Positions 1 through 11,540 of a DNA stretch of 64,000 nt are shown here, piece after piece. Origin of the DNA: Vicugna vicugna (Eukaryota); NCBI GenBank assembly GCA_013265495.1, contig MU058444.1:1860001-1924000 (forward strand). The letters are read 5' to 3'. The first letter of the stretch is position 1. Every line of letters begins with the position of its first letter. Below the pieces are notes generated by a model. The model was not told where the DNA came from and ran no database searches. It saw nothing but the letters and a program-made list of their open reading frames with translations. A program made the translations under genes and the position numbers.

Positions 1-225
1 ACGTGGTTGAGTTCCAGTGAGATCTCTTCCAGGATGGCATATGGTGCCTTCTAGCTGCATCCTCAGGTGACAGAGATAGGTCAGAAGGTGACAGTCCTAC
101 CACAGTAGGACCCCACCCCCATGAACTTAACCTTAATTATCTCCTTTTAGACCTATCTCTAAACACAGTCACACTAGGGGTTCGAGCTTCGACATACACT
201 AGGGGACACAATTCAGCGCATAGCA
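1..225 (-). mobile_element. MaLR LTR fragment (MLT1A-like), cut by window edge
   Basis: Typical reverse-strand MLT1 motifs: 'ccttaattatctcc...cctatctctaaacacagtcacactagggg...gggacacaattcagcgcatagca'. Confidence 0.75.
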
Positions 226-1080
226 CAGACTCTCAGACTCCTGATGGAAGGGGCAGGCTCCCAGCCAAACCACGCTCGCTCATAATCTACTCACTGATTA
301 AGAAAGATTGTCTTGGGTCAGAAGCGTGGAGACAGGAGTTCTTGTAGACCCTTCCCTTCTTGCCTCTACCCAACTCAGCCTACCTTCTCCTCTCTCCTGC
401 TCTGCCCAGAAAATGCTCTGGAATCAATAAAGAAGATGACGTTTTTAAGCTGTACTATTTTCCTGAAAGAGAAAGAGCATAGAGCCCCCTCTTCCTTAGA
501 ACAACTGATGGACACATTTCCCTTTTTGAGATACCACATAGTATCTCCCTGTGTTTTTCTCGGTAACAACAGCCAGCGTCTGGGGCTCTCTTCCCACTGA
601 GTAAATCTGATCGTCTTATGGGGGTTCTGAGAAAGAACGATTCACTGCCTCGGAGGCAGGGAACTCAAATTCTACACTAAGTTCGACTGTAAATTATCTA
701 TTGCACTTCAACCGAGATATTTAAATCTTGGAGCTTGTTTTTCTCAACTGTAAAATGACTGGGTTGGATCCAGTGGTCTTAAACTTTGCTCCATTCCTTA
801 CTCAGATAATTCTAACAACACCGAAAAGCACCGAAGGTTCAAAACACTCAGCTTGCATGGTATCCAATGCAAGACCTTCTGTGCGAGTTTGATGGGCCTC
901 GTTTGTGATTTTCCCAGGGTAAGAAATTGGTAGGTATTGGTATAATGATATGATGGCTCTTGGTGCATTCTCTAAATGAAACAAAAGCAGAGTTTGCTAC
1001 ATAAACTTGGCATTAGGGCAGAAGGCTGCATTTGTGTAGAACGCGACGGCAGTGCCGTTAACTGTGAACTCTAGACTTCA

Positions 1081-1095
1081 CCACTAGAGGGCAGC
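1081..1095 (+). promoter_or_regulatory. CTCF core motif
   Basis: CCACTAGAGGGCAGC matches the CTCF core consensus, in apparently unique sequence with nearby CpGs (1042-1057). Confidence 0.65.
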
Positions 1096-1822
1096 AGGGT
1101 GATACAGATTTTTGGTACTTGGCCTTTTCACCTATCACGGATCACCTGGAGACATGATGGAGCCACTGGGATCTCTGAGCACTAGCCGTATTATGGGGTG
1201 TCACTACAGACAAAGACCATTTAACCGAAAAAAAAAATCAATGCAGCTGGGACTTATTTAAAGCCAGTATCATAACTGTTGTAGACACACTGACTGCCTA
1301 TAAACAAGGCAAATGCCTGAATGTACATTAAAAAAAAACCTGACTTTTTCTTTTCCCCAAGATGTCTGATTATTCAATACAGAACAGCCACATTCTGTTC
1401 CTTAAGGGCTACTGCTTCACAAAGGGCCCCGAGCTACTCCCTGTTTGTGGAGCCTATGTCCTCCATCTCTGACAGTCCTTCCCACCTCAGGCCACCCTCC
1501 TGCCTCTTCTTGGGTCCCACGGGGGCAGATAACTCAGAGACCCGCCAGCCAGCCTGGAGGTAGCTTGATACAGAAGCTCTACACAAACGTAGCCAAGGGT
1601 GACTAGTTGCAATAATGAGATGCTCTCATTCTGAAATTTAAACGTAGCATTATGGAGAGAATCAGTCTGTTGATGGCACGAATAGATATGAGAAGGAAAT
1701 GCAGAGACCTCTGGTTCCTTCTCCTGAGGGGCCACTAGAAAGGCCTACCTTTAGATCTGGGTTGAGTCTTGAATTTTTCCCACCGAGGGGCCATTAGGAA
1801 GGCCCAACTTTTTGCACAATAT

Positions 1823-2224
1823 CTCTAACTATCAGAGAAATGCAAATCAAAACTCCAGTGAATTATCACCTCACACTGGTCAGAGTGACCATCATTAAAA
1901 AGTCTACAAATGATAAATGCTGGAGAGGGTGTGGAGAAAAGGGAACCCTCCTACACTGTTGGTGGGAATGCAGTTTGGTGCAATCATTATGGAAAACAGT
2001 ATGGAGATTCCTTAAAAAACTAAAAATAAACTTGCCATATGATCCAGCAATTTCACTCTGGGGCTTATATCCAGAGGAAATTATAATTTGAAAAGATACA
2101 TGCACCTCAGTGTTCATAGCAGCACTATTTACAATAGCCAAGATGTGGAAGCAACCCAAATGTGCATCGACAGATGACTGGAGAAAGAAGCTGCGGAGTA
2201 TACATACAATGAAATACCACTCAG
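1823..2224 (+). mobile_element. L1 fragment (ORF2 C-terminal region), truncated at both ends
   Basis: ORF 1840-2091 (MQIKT...[19 protein letters not shown]...[18 protein letters not shown]) is the L1 ORF2 cysteine-rich C-terminus. No poly(A) tail. Confidence 0.95.
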
Positions 2225-4452
2225 AGTTCTTGACAAGCACTGCTGTTCCCAGGTGCGCCAAGTGAATCCCAGCAGTTTCTGTCCCTGATTCTTAGAAACC
2301 CCAAATTTACCGTTGTTACCCCTTGTTGGATTCTTTGTGCAATCATGTAGTTGGCTATGCATAAAAGGTTTGACCCTTTGCCTCTGTGTGTATTTAAGCC
2401 CAGGTGCCAGGCAGACCCTCATTGTGTTAAAGACAGAGGTGAGTGTCCTTCCAGCTGGACAATCCAGGTGATTCGCTGGCTGCTCACTGGACTGCAGGGG
2501 AAGGGCGACTGGGCACTGACTTGGGGCTTGCGTCCCAGTGGCTGAGGACCTCTTGTCCTCATCCTGTTCCCCATCCCTCTCAGCCCATGATCCCTCCTGT
2601 CCAGCCCAGGAGCAGGAAAGCTGGCTGCGCAAGTCGGCTTCTGAGAACCTTCATTACGTGATGCTGAGAACTCGGGAAGTTGCCATCTTTGTTTTCTGCC
2701 TGGCACTTTTCTCAAAGCACTGGGCCTGAATACTGACTGTTTGGGTTAAAGGAGGAAGTCCTTAAATGGTCATAAACTTAGGGCTCTCTCCTTTAACTTA
2801 ACCAGTCAGCATCTGGTCGGTAGACTGGGGCAGAGCATCGCTCTAAGAGGGCAGTCTCTCCACCCACTGGCCCTGAGCAGGAGGTGTGACAGGGTCCAGA
2901 CACCTGGACAGGAAAGCAGCATGGAACAGAAGCCCACCCCGACCCCTGGAGACGGAAGACAAGACAGAACCAGATGTCCCACCATCCGGACGGCGTGGGC
3001 TGCACCCCACCCACTTCCAGCACGTTACTACAATACCTCAGACACTCTCCACGACTGAGCCATTCTTCCAGCATCACATCTAATGAACATCGGGGGACAA
3101 ATGACTAAGAACCTTAACACAAAGCAAGAGCTTTGTGTGGGGAAACACACGGTTCTACTTGAATATCAGGTTTGATTAGATACGTTGTCTTTCATTATCA
3201 AAATTCTTCACACATTTTAATTAAGTGCATACATAACAAAAGAAAAGAAAATTAAGCTTTGAAATCCTTTCAATCTTTCTGAAAATAACCAGTGGCAGTC
3301 GGTTTGAATAATTGGATTCTTCCATTCATTTCAACTTCTTATATTAAAAATATAATTTATAATTTGCATAGATTAATTCAAACACCTGGGAAATGATTAA
3401 AAAATGTACTGCGCTAGAAGCAGCCAGATAATCACAAGTCTCCAAGCCAGAGCGCAGGGACAACGGCAGCAACCTGGCCCCAGCACACCCACTCCCTCCC
3501 CCCGCAGAAAACCGCCTTCTTCCTCATCTCATTAGGCGCTCAAATCTCGCCAGAGGAGAGATGCCAAAAGCTAATCTAACTGTAATCGAGCGATCCTGCG
3601 TCACAATCGGCACAACACAGCGTCGCATATCAAAATGACAGCCCTGTTTGCCTGGCTGGTTGACCATCTTACCTGGTGATCAGTTGAAACAATTCTTAGA
3701 AGTCTTCAAAACAGGTATGAATAGCAAAGAAACTACTTTCAGTTAGAGAGGAAATTCTGAAAAGCCCTTAATAAAACCGCTACTGATTCAGCTCATCAGT
3801 TAACAGCACATCTTCACGTCTGCTTGGCTAGATCAGGAGGACGGTCCACTGTGAGACCAGACAGGCACACCTAAGTCTATCCCCCAGATTCCTTCCGCGG
3901 GACACCTGGACTCAATAAGAAGGGAATCTGAACACAAAGGAGGAAATCCTTACATCCCAGTTACACGTGTAGGAGGTGGTATGGGGAGACACAGGGTCTT
4001 CATTCAGGATGGGTTCTTTCCGAATGATCTTTCCAGTGCGATCAAGTTAACATTCTATCTTGGAGCAGGTTATAGAAAACTCTATTACTCTCATTTAATC
4101 CATTTTTGTGAACCTCTCTTAATCTTATGTATTATCTTCAAGGGTTCTCAGAGTCTAAATATATTTTAAAAATCCAACAACTTGGTTTTAAAAAAGCTCT
4201 GGGTTTCAGAAACATGGGCATACAAGTGAACAGAAATAAACAACCATTATCTCATTTCATTGAAGCAAAGCAGAGTAAACTGTAAGCCTCCTGCCACGTG
4301 GTGTAGAATGAATTTCAGCAATAGAACAAAACAGCTCAGCCTAAGGAAAGGAAGAGACCAATGTACTGGATTCGGAAACAAGGAAATGGGCTTTTTTCCC
4401 CCCAGAAGCCTACACATGATACAGAGGAAGATACAAAACAAGAAAACATATC

Positions 4453-4590
4453 GGGGGGAGAGGGTATTGCACAGTGGTAGAGCATGTGCTTAGCATGCCT
4501 GCGGTCCTGGGTTCAATCCCCAGTACCTCCATTAAAAAAAAATTAAAATAAATAAATAAACCTAATTGCCCCACCCCCACTCCAAAAAAA
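4453..4590 (+). mobile_element. tRNA-derived SINE, camelid Vic-1 type
   Basis: tRNA-like head with A box and B box (gggttcaatccc), an A-rich/'cctaatt' tail, and TSD aagaaaa(c/a)atatc at 4440-4452 and 4590-4602. Confidence 0.9.
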
Positions 4591-4744
4591 AGAAAAAATA
4601 TCAGGTAACAGTTCAGCTAGAAACCCAAGGTAGAGGAGGAGACCAAAGCTGGGCAGGGGTTCGGACATCAGTGAGGCACTTAGAAAACTTTGGAGAATGG
4701 TACCCACCTTGGAATCGTGGGGGAGAACGTGTGTGAACTCAACA

Positions 4745-4900
4745 AATCTAACAGACCTGAGCTCAAGCCCTGGCTCCACCAGTTAATAACCAGATGCCCT
4801 TGGGGCCGGCTCCTGTCTTAAGACAGTTTCTTCAAAATGTAAATGGAGATGATCAAAGCTCTCACCTCCCGGGACTGGACAGATACCCGCGTGATGTACT
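4745..4900 (+). mobile_element. MIR SINE remnant
   Basis: 'cctgagctcaagccctggctccacc...cagtttcttcaaaatgtaaatggagatgat' resembles the MIR core. Confidence 0.6.
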
Positions 4901-6714
4901 TCGCGCAAGGCTGGGCTGCGAAACCGCCTCGGGTTGGGACTCACCCAGCAGCTGCGGCTGAGAAGAGTCATGTGGAAAGGAGGTCAGCTGGTCTGCAGGA
5001 GCCAGCTTGCTATCTTCTGGAATAGAAGTAAGACAGAGTCCAAACCCACGACTGTGGGGTCAGGCTGTCCACTGTGGGGTTAGAACCTGGGTCATCTGCT
5101 TCCTGTATGAAAAAAAAAAAGGTACATGTGCCCATTTTACAAGAGGCAAAAGAGAGCAGAAGTGACCCAGAAACTCAACCCAGGGCTTGTTAACAGCATA
5201 GAAATTTGTCCAACCCACTCTCTGGTTATATTCACATCATGACTCTAATAATTCGTTTTCTGTGACTCATAGTCACATGGTTTCTAAAAAGTGGCTTAAG
5301 AATTAGGATGAGTCACCTTTTTGAAGAGCCCTAACTTGATATGGTGTCTTTCGATCCTATTTTGTCTGAATTCAGCAGACGCAATGCTTTCCAGACGTCA
5401 GGGCTCCTTCCTCCACCAAAGTCCTGGATATTTTCTCATTAGAGCCTCCATTCTCTGCTCGCTGCTCGGCACAGGCCGCAGGGTTTAATGACTTCTCATC
5501 CAGAAAGACAGCCCCCCTGCCTTTCTTAGCACAGACTGGGCTCAAACTTTGCAAAACGTTCCTCTTTATCTTTACAGGTAAAAATTCCTTTTTCTCTCTT
5601 ACCCCACTCCCCCAATCTCAACATCAAATATGGAAAATAATTCATTGAACAGCTGCAGACACTTGGCATTCTGATTAAAAACGTAGCTCATATTTTGCCT
5701 TTGGGAGCAAACATTTTAATATTTGTATTTTAAGGGGTTCACAATTTACCCCCTACCCCCACCAAATTCTTGCATTATTTCTAGATCTTTAATTGCACAA
5801 GTCAAAATAAATTGATGATTATGTAAGCCAAGCACAGAAACTTGTCTTCACAGTAACAGCTGCAAATGCTTTTTAAGGTCAACTATTTTTTAAAATATGT
5901 GTTCTTTTCAGTTAAAAAGTTTTAAAGTATTTTTAAATCTATCCCAATTCAAATTTGATATGACAGTATGCATACTGAACTGCCGGTTCAATACAGAAGA
6001 GATTTTGTATGACCAAAGCCAGTTTATAACTGTGTCTTCATTTGCCATTAGTTTAAAGACATTCCCCTTCACAAGAGTGGACCAGCAGAGTATCGCACTT
6101 TTACCCGCTCTAAACAACTGGCAGGTGGCATAATTCATCAACTCTTGCTAATTGTAGAGCTGATTTCTGCACCAGGAAAAAAAAAATCACGTAGAGACTC
6201 CACTTGTCACGTTTTCCACAAAATTCTCAGCCCAGGAAATATTGTTGAATGAATGACAAGTCATACTGACGCATTAACATGAGTCACAGAACAACAAAAC
6301 ATCTTTCAATTTGATGACAGCCCTACATTGGCAAACATGTCAAAGGTAGGAACACTTTAGATCCTGTCTAAAAATCATCTTGCAGAATGGATGACAGCTA
6401 TAAAAAGCTTAGCATTGCTTCCTAAAAAATCTTTTCAAATTCTTGCGAGAAGGGAGTTACTTGGTAAATCTCAGTTCTCTATTACAGTAGGTTTTCCCAC
6501 CTACTGTTTTCAAAACTACAACTGAAAAGCACGCTCTCAAATGGTAAGGAGGGAGGAAGAGACTAACCTCTGCTAACTGAGCTCACAGCCTGTCTTTGCG
6601 GGGACGGAGCTGTTAGACCCTGATCACGTGGCCAGCAGAGTCCACGTCCTCTGCAGAAGCAAAAGTCCTGCCTCGTGGAGACAGTTCTGAAAAAGAAGGG
6701 CCAAATAGCCCAGA

Positions 6715-6860
6715 GCCCAGGTGTTGAGCCAGAGCAAACCTGGATTCAGGTCCCAGCTTGGTCACCTATGAGCTGGGTGACCCAGAGCAAGTGATGGAAC
6801 CTCCCTCATCTCAGCTTTCCCACCTTTCAAACGACAAAAGCAAGATCTGTTTACAGATTG
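6715..6860 (+). mobile_element. MIR SINE remnant
   Basis: 'cctggattcaggtcccagct...agctgggtgacc...gcaagt...aacctc...ctcagctttccc' resembles the MIR core. Confidence 0.65.
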
Positions 6861-6996
6861 CTCATAACAGCATCAGTCCAGGCTCGACAATGGTTATGAA
6901 GTCACCACCATTATTAAATGACATATATCTCCAGCCGTCTCAATTTTAAGTTTCTTTAACTTTAAGGACTATCTTATTAAGTATTTTGTGTGTGCA

Positions 6997-6997
<1 letters not shown>

Positions 6998-7034
<37 letters not shown>
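6998..7034. repeat. (CA)n microsatellite
   Basis: Uninterrupted CA run seen directly. Confidence 0.98.
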
Positions 7035-7036
<2 letters not shown>

Positions 7037-8289
7037 TGACTGTGAGCCCACCTTCGCCGCTTCCCTGGGTCTGTGAGCTTCGCCCCATTTGCGGGGCAGA
7101 GGGAGGTGGAGGAAGTCAGGAAATGCCATTCCCGTTAGCAAGTAGCCAAAAGCCAAATCGGTAGAACCACACTGGACCGTTTGCTATCTCGATTTTTATT
7201 TTACTGCCTGAATACTATAGGGCGGCTGATTTTTTTTTCTCTCTTTGCCTCTTTACAGCAGTTTAGTTCAAAGGTGAAAGGAAATGAAAAGGGCTGTTTG
7301 TCAGGAAATAATGTCTCTTTGTTCAGCTGAGAACATGCACCCCAGGGCAGCTGCTGATGGAGCCATCTGTCTAACTAGTTTCACGAACTCAAGTCGCGGT
7401 GGAGACAACACTGCCACAAACTCAGAGCAGACACAGTCCTCCTCTCTGTGGGTGTGGCACCTGGTCCCCGACTCCTGAGCCTGTGATTCTTAGGACAGCC
7501 TGGATCACCGTAATCTCAGCCTGGAGAAGACATGACAGAGACCCACAGAGAACGAATGTAGCCTTCGGCACAAATTTAATTTTCTCCGAGGACAGGACCT
7601 TTTTAGAATCTTATTAATGAAGCTTCTCTGTAGATCATTTGACGCTCAAATACAGAAAAATAATTTCATGAAAATAAAAATTACTATCTGCCTTTCAAAA
7701 AGTTTTCCATTCAATACAACCTTCTATTATGTCTTAAAATCACTGGGAATCTAGAAGGGTATTTGGTTCACTATATGGTAGCAAACAAGTCAGTTTTCCT
7801 TGAATCCATGCCTGTTTTGATCTAAAAATATACCACTGAGGTTTAAAAATACATAATTCATTGATTTAAAACTTAAATATCAAATTTTTAATTATTTGGA
7901 AATTATCTGGAATTATTTAGAATTATTCCAAATAAATTTGGAGGTTATTAAGCTGTATTTTTCAGTGTAAGTCAAATTAACTGTGCATTCGGGGGGGGGG
8001 AACGTGGAAAGAAAACCATTTGCAAATGGACACAGAATCCACTGATAGTATTTCTGAAACACTAAGAAAGCATTCGTTAGGAGTAAACATATATTTTATC
8101 CAGCTGTGTAAATCATCAAGAAAAGTGAGATTTGATGGCAGTGACCCCGAGAGGTTTAGAACACAAGCCCTGAGCTGGGAAGGGCTGCTTAGAGAATCAC
8201 CAGTGGGCTGGAGGATTCAGATGGACGATCAAAGATCAGTCAGTTATGGTTGAACTTAGCTGCAAATTGAGTAAGACGTCTTTTCCTCT

Positions 8290-9090
8290 GTTGGGATTAT
8301 TTTCTTGGGCTATACTACTGGTGCGGAATTTCTAGCTCAAAGGATTAGGGCTTTTAATACAGGCCACCAAACTGCCCTCCAAAAAAGTTGCACATTCACT
8401 CTCCCTTTAGCTGCACAGTGTAGGAGGATTCCAGTTCCTCTACCACAATGTTCATCATGGGGTTATGTCAGTTTTTTAAAGTTGTGTGTTAATTTACTAG
8501 GTAGAGAGTGACATCTCTCAGCTCAATTTTAATCTACGTTGATGTGATTAGTGAAAAAGTTCTAGATGTTTCTTAACCATTTATAGTTTTCCTTTTATAA
8601 ATCGCCTATGCATGTCCTTTGCGCATCAATCAACTGGTACATTCTCAGTTCTCTAATTACTTGGTAAAACTCTTTATACCTTAAATATGTTAAGAGCATA
8701 TGTCTGGACATTCTGGCCAGGATTTTACCAGTTTATCCTGTGCTCTTTAGTTTTCTTTGTGTTGTTTTTTTTCCTTAATAGGTTTTCTGTATTTTTATTT
8801 ATTATTGTATTATTTAATTGTCTTATTTTGGCAGTGGGGAGGTAATTAGGTTTATTAATTTTTACAGGAGGTACTAGGTGGGGACTGAACCCAGGACCTA
8901 CTGCACACTAAGCATGTGCTCTACCACTTGAGCTATACCCTCCCCCCTCAATAGGTTTTAAATTTTCACGTAGTTAAATCTTTTGACATTTTCTTTCTTT
9001 TATGGTATTTTTTTGCACTTATGCTTAAGAAGGTCTTCCCACTCTGAAATCAGAAATTGCCATATTTTCCCCAAATTATTTTATGCTTTA
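8290..9090 (-). mobile_element. Old L1M remnant, interrupted by a SINE
   Basis: Degenerate antisense L1 ORF2-end motifs ('ccaaactgccctccaaaaaagttg', 'cctatgcatgtcctttgcgcat', 'ttatgcttaagaaggtcttccc'). Confidence 0.65.
8787..8947 (-). mobile_element. Vic-1-type SINE
   Basis: Reverse complement of ggggagggtatagctcaagtggtagagcacatgcttag... with a T-rich tail. TSD aataggtttt at 8777-8786 and 8950-8959. Confidence 0.9.
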
Positions 9091-9094
9091 TTTT

Positions 9095-9476
9095 TTAATT
9101 TCTTGGAACAGTTTTATTGAGGTATAACTGACATACAATAAAATACATGTGTTTAAAGTGAAATTTGATAGGTCTTGACAAATACCTACACCTGTGAAAC
9201 CATCGCCACATCAAGATAATGACCATACCCACTGCCCCAGCAAAGTTCCCTTGTGCCCCTTCTAACCCTTTATGTTCAGTTACCTTCATCCCCTTGCCTC
9301 CCCCACCCCAGGCATCCTCTGACCTGCTTTCTGTCAACACAGCCTATTCTTCATTTGGTAAGAACTCTATGCAAGTGAACTCATACAAGACGCACACCTT
9401 CCTTATCTGGCTTCTTTTCGTTCAGCATGATCATATTGAGATTCATCCATATTGCAGTGCATATCAATAGTTCCTT
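9095..9476 (-). mobile_element. Old L1 (L1MB/ME-like) 3' end
   Basis: 'cagttttattgaggtataactgacatacaataaa...gagattcatccatattg' is an antisense L1M 3' UTR pattern. Confidence 0.8.
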
Positions 9477-9917
9477 CATCTATCCAGAGGGAACTCTAAT
9501 TTGAAAAGATACATATACCCCAGTGTTCACAGCAGCACTATTCACAATAGTCAAGACATGGAAGCAACCCAAATGTCCACCAACAGAGGACTGGATAAAG
9601 AAGCTGTGGTATAAACAATGGAATACTACTCAGTGATTAAAAAAAAGGAATAAAATCGTGCCATCTGCAGCAACATGGATGGACCTGGAGATCATCATTC
9701 TAAGTGAAGTCAGCCAGAAAGAGAAAGAAAAATGCCATATGATATCACTCACGTGTGGAATCTAAAAAAAAAAAAAAAAGACTCACAGACATAGTCAACA
9801 ATCTTATGGTTACCAGGGGAAAGGGGGTGGGAAGAGATAAATTTGGGAGTTTGAGATTTGCAAATGATAACCACCAGGTACAAAAATAGATAAAAAACCA
9901 AATATCTTCTGTATAGC
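9477..9917 (+). mobile_element. Lineage-specific L1 fragment (ORF2 end plus part of 3' UTR), lacking its 3' terminus
   Basis: 'gaaaagatacat...gcaacatggatggacctggag...ggttaccaggggaaaggg'. It stops at 'ctgtatagc', where other copies in the window continue 'acaggga'. Confidence 0.92.
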
Positions 9918-11053
9918 CAAAGCAGATATGCTGTGCGTGTCCAAAAGCCATAAACTAGGTTGCTTCAATCAGTAAAGTTTAAGTGAAATTATGTATAATT
10001 TCAGAATGACTTCCCCTTATCTCAGTATGTGTATAGATTTTTCCATCATCTCCCCCTTTTGACTGCAAATCTTTCAACAGAAAGCACTGATGATCAAAAT
10101 ATCCACCCCTCAGTGCTGGGGTGATGCTCCTGCCCCAGGTTCAGATCGTGTTCCTCGTGCTGGGGGGGCTCCTTTATATTTGCCTAGTTACGTTCGGGGA
10201 AAACTCATCAGCTATCATGAACCGGCTCAGAGGTATGTTAATGGGGAAACACATTTTGGGCCATACATTTTATCACTTACACCCAGTTGTTACACAGGCA
10301 CTGTACATGTGCCTTTAGCAATATACATATAGACAAAGCATTGTTGTACATCCTGAGTAGTTATCCTCTGGGACAACGCCATAAGAGAATTCTCTTTCTA
10401 TCCTAAACGTTGGGGGCAACAGTGCGGTTGGAAGTAAAACAATAACTTTCAATACTGATAGGGAGACAAACATCTGATGGACAATTCAGTTAGAAATTGT
10501 AGATTCAAAGCCAGTAATATTTCAGACAAAACCAAAAAATTATAACCATATTCATCACTTTACTCAGTCCTATGTAATTAATCCTTTTTACTAACAGTTT
10601 TACAAAATCAGAGTTTTCATTCAATCTTTTTAGGTATCTCGCCCAGTTCAGCAGTACGATTTAAAAGAAACCTGTACTTGTCGAAAAGTCCTTTTTAAGA
10701 ATCTCACTGAAGATGAAGCAGTTTTGCAAAGCACTAGCTTCACTGTCCATGAATAACAGAAGACTTACAAAAGGGGAGGGTAAAGATCTGGTTATAATTT
10801 TTTTGACAAAGAAGCTTTATCAAGTTGCTGTGACGTACAGCATTTTAAGATAACAACCAGACTAGAACCAGAATTATGACTAGAACAACCAGAATTATGA
10901 CTGATCGCATCAGACCAGGACATAACTAAATTTCAGAAAACTTATATAATTTCCAGAATGTCTATATTAACATTTATCTGTACCATATAATCTGAGGAGA
11001 TTTATCACTCATTTGAGAATGCCGTGTAATTTAAACATACCAACCCATCCTAG

Positions 11054-11540
11054 TGTGAACGAAAAATACTGCAAACCATATCAGTAAACAAAGAAGGCTG
11101 AAGCCATCAAGTCATCAGCGGCTGCCTCCACCCCCCAGTGAAGACAAGCCTGCAGCCCGGCCTCTGCAGCCACTCACAGTGGTGCACTCTGAGGGGACTC
11201 AGAATAAGAAAGGACGGGACACTGGCCCTAGACAGCTAGGTGCTTGTCAAAGGAATGAATTCAATGGGCCCAAATGTTTGCTCCCTGCCATACATAGAAA
11301 AGCACTAAATTCTTTAACTTGAGATGCCTGGTTTTCTTTAGGTAACAAGTAATCTTTAAGTGTTCCAACTACCTGGTCCTTGTTGTAAAGCTCCTGTATA
11401 TCCTGGCTCCTCCCCCGCCTCTTCAGAGCAGCCCCTCAGAGCAACCTGAGAGGCTGTCATCCCAGCTCAAGTCCTCAGAATTGTCCACTGAATAAAACAT
11501 AACCCTCAACTTTTAGGCTGCACATTCATTTCAGTCGACA
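11054..11540 (+). mobile_element. ERV1-type solo LTR nested in the ERV internal region
   Basis: TG...CA termini, 4-bp TSD CTAG (11050-11053 and 11541-11544), AATAAA at 11491-11496. Homologous to the LTR at 26219-26720. Confidence 0.92.

Noticed and set aside
4453..4530. tRNA-Ala-like sequences as real tRNA genes
   Set aside because: They have SINE tails, mostly visible TSDs and scattered mutations, and no proper acceptor stem, so they are SINE heads.
10853..10903. Small local duplications (also ~21210-21241, 32672-32699, 58897-58924)
   Set aside because: Ordinary slippage events, mostly inside repeats.
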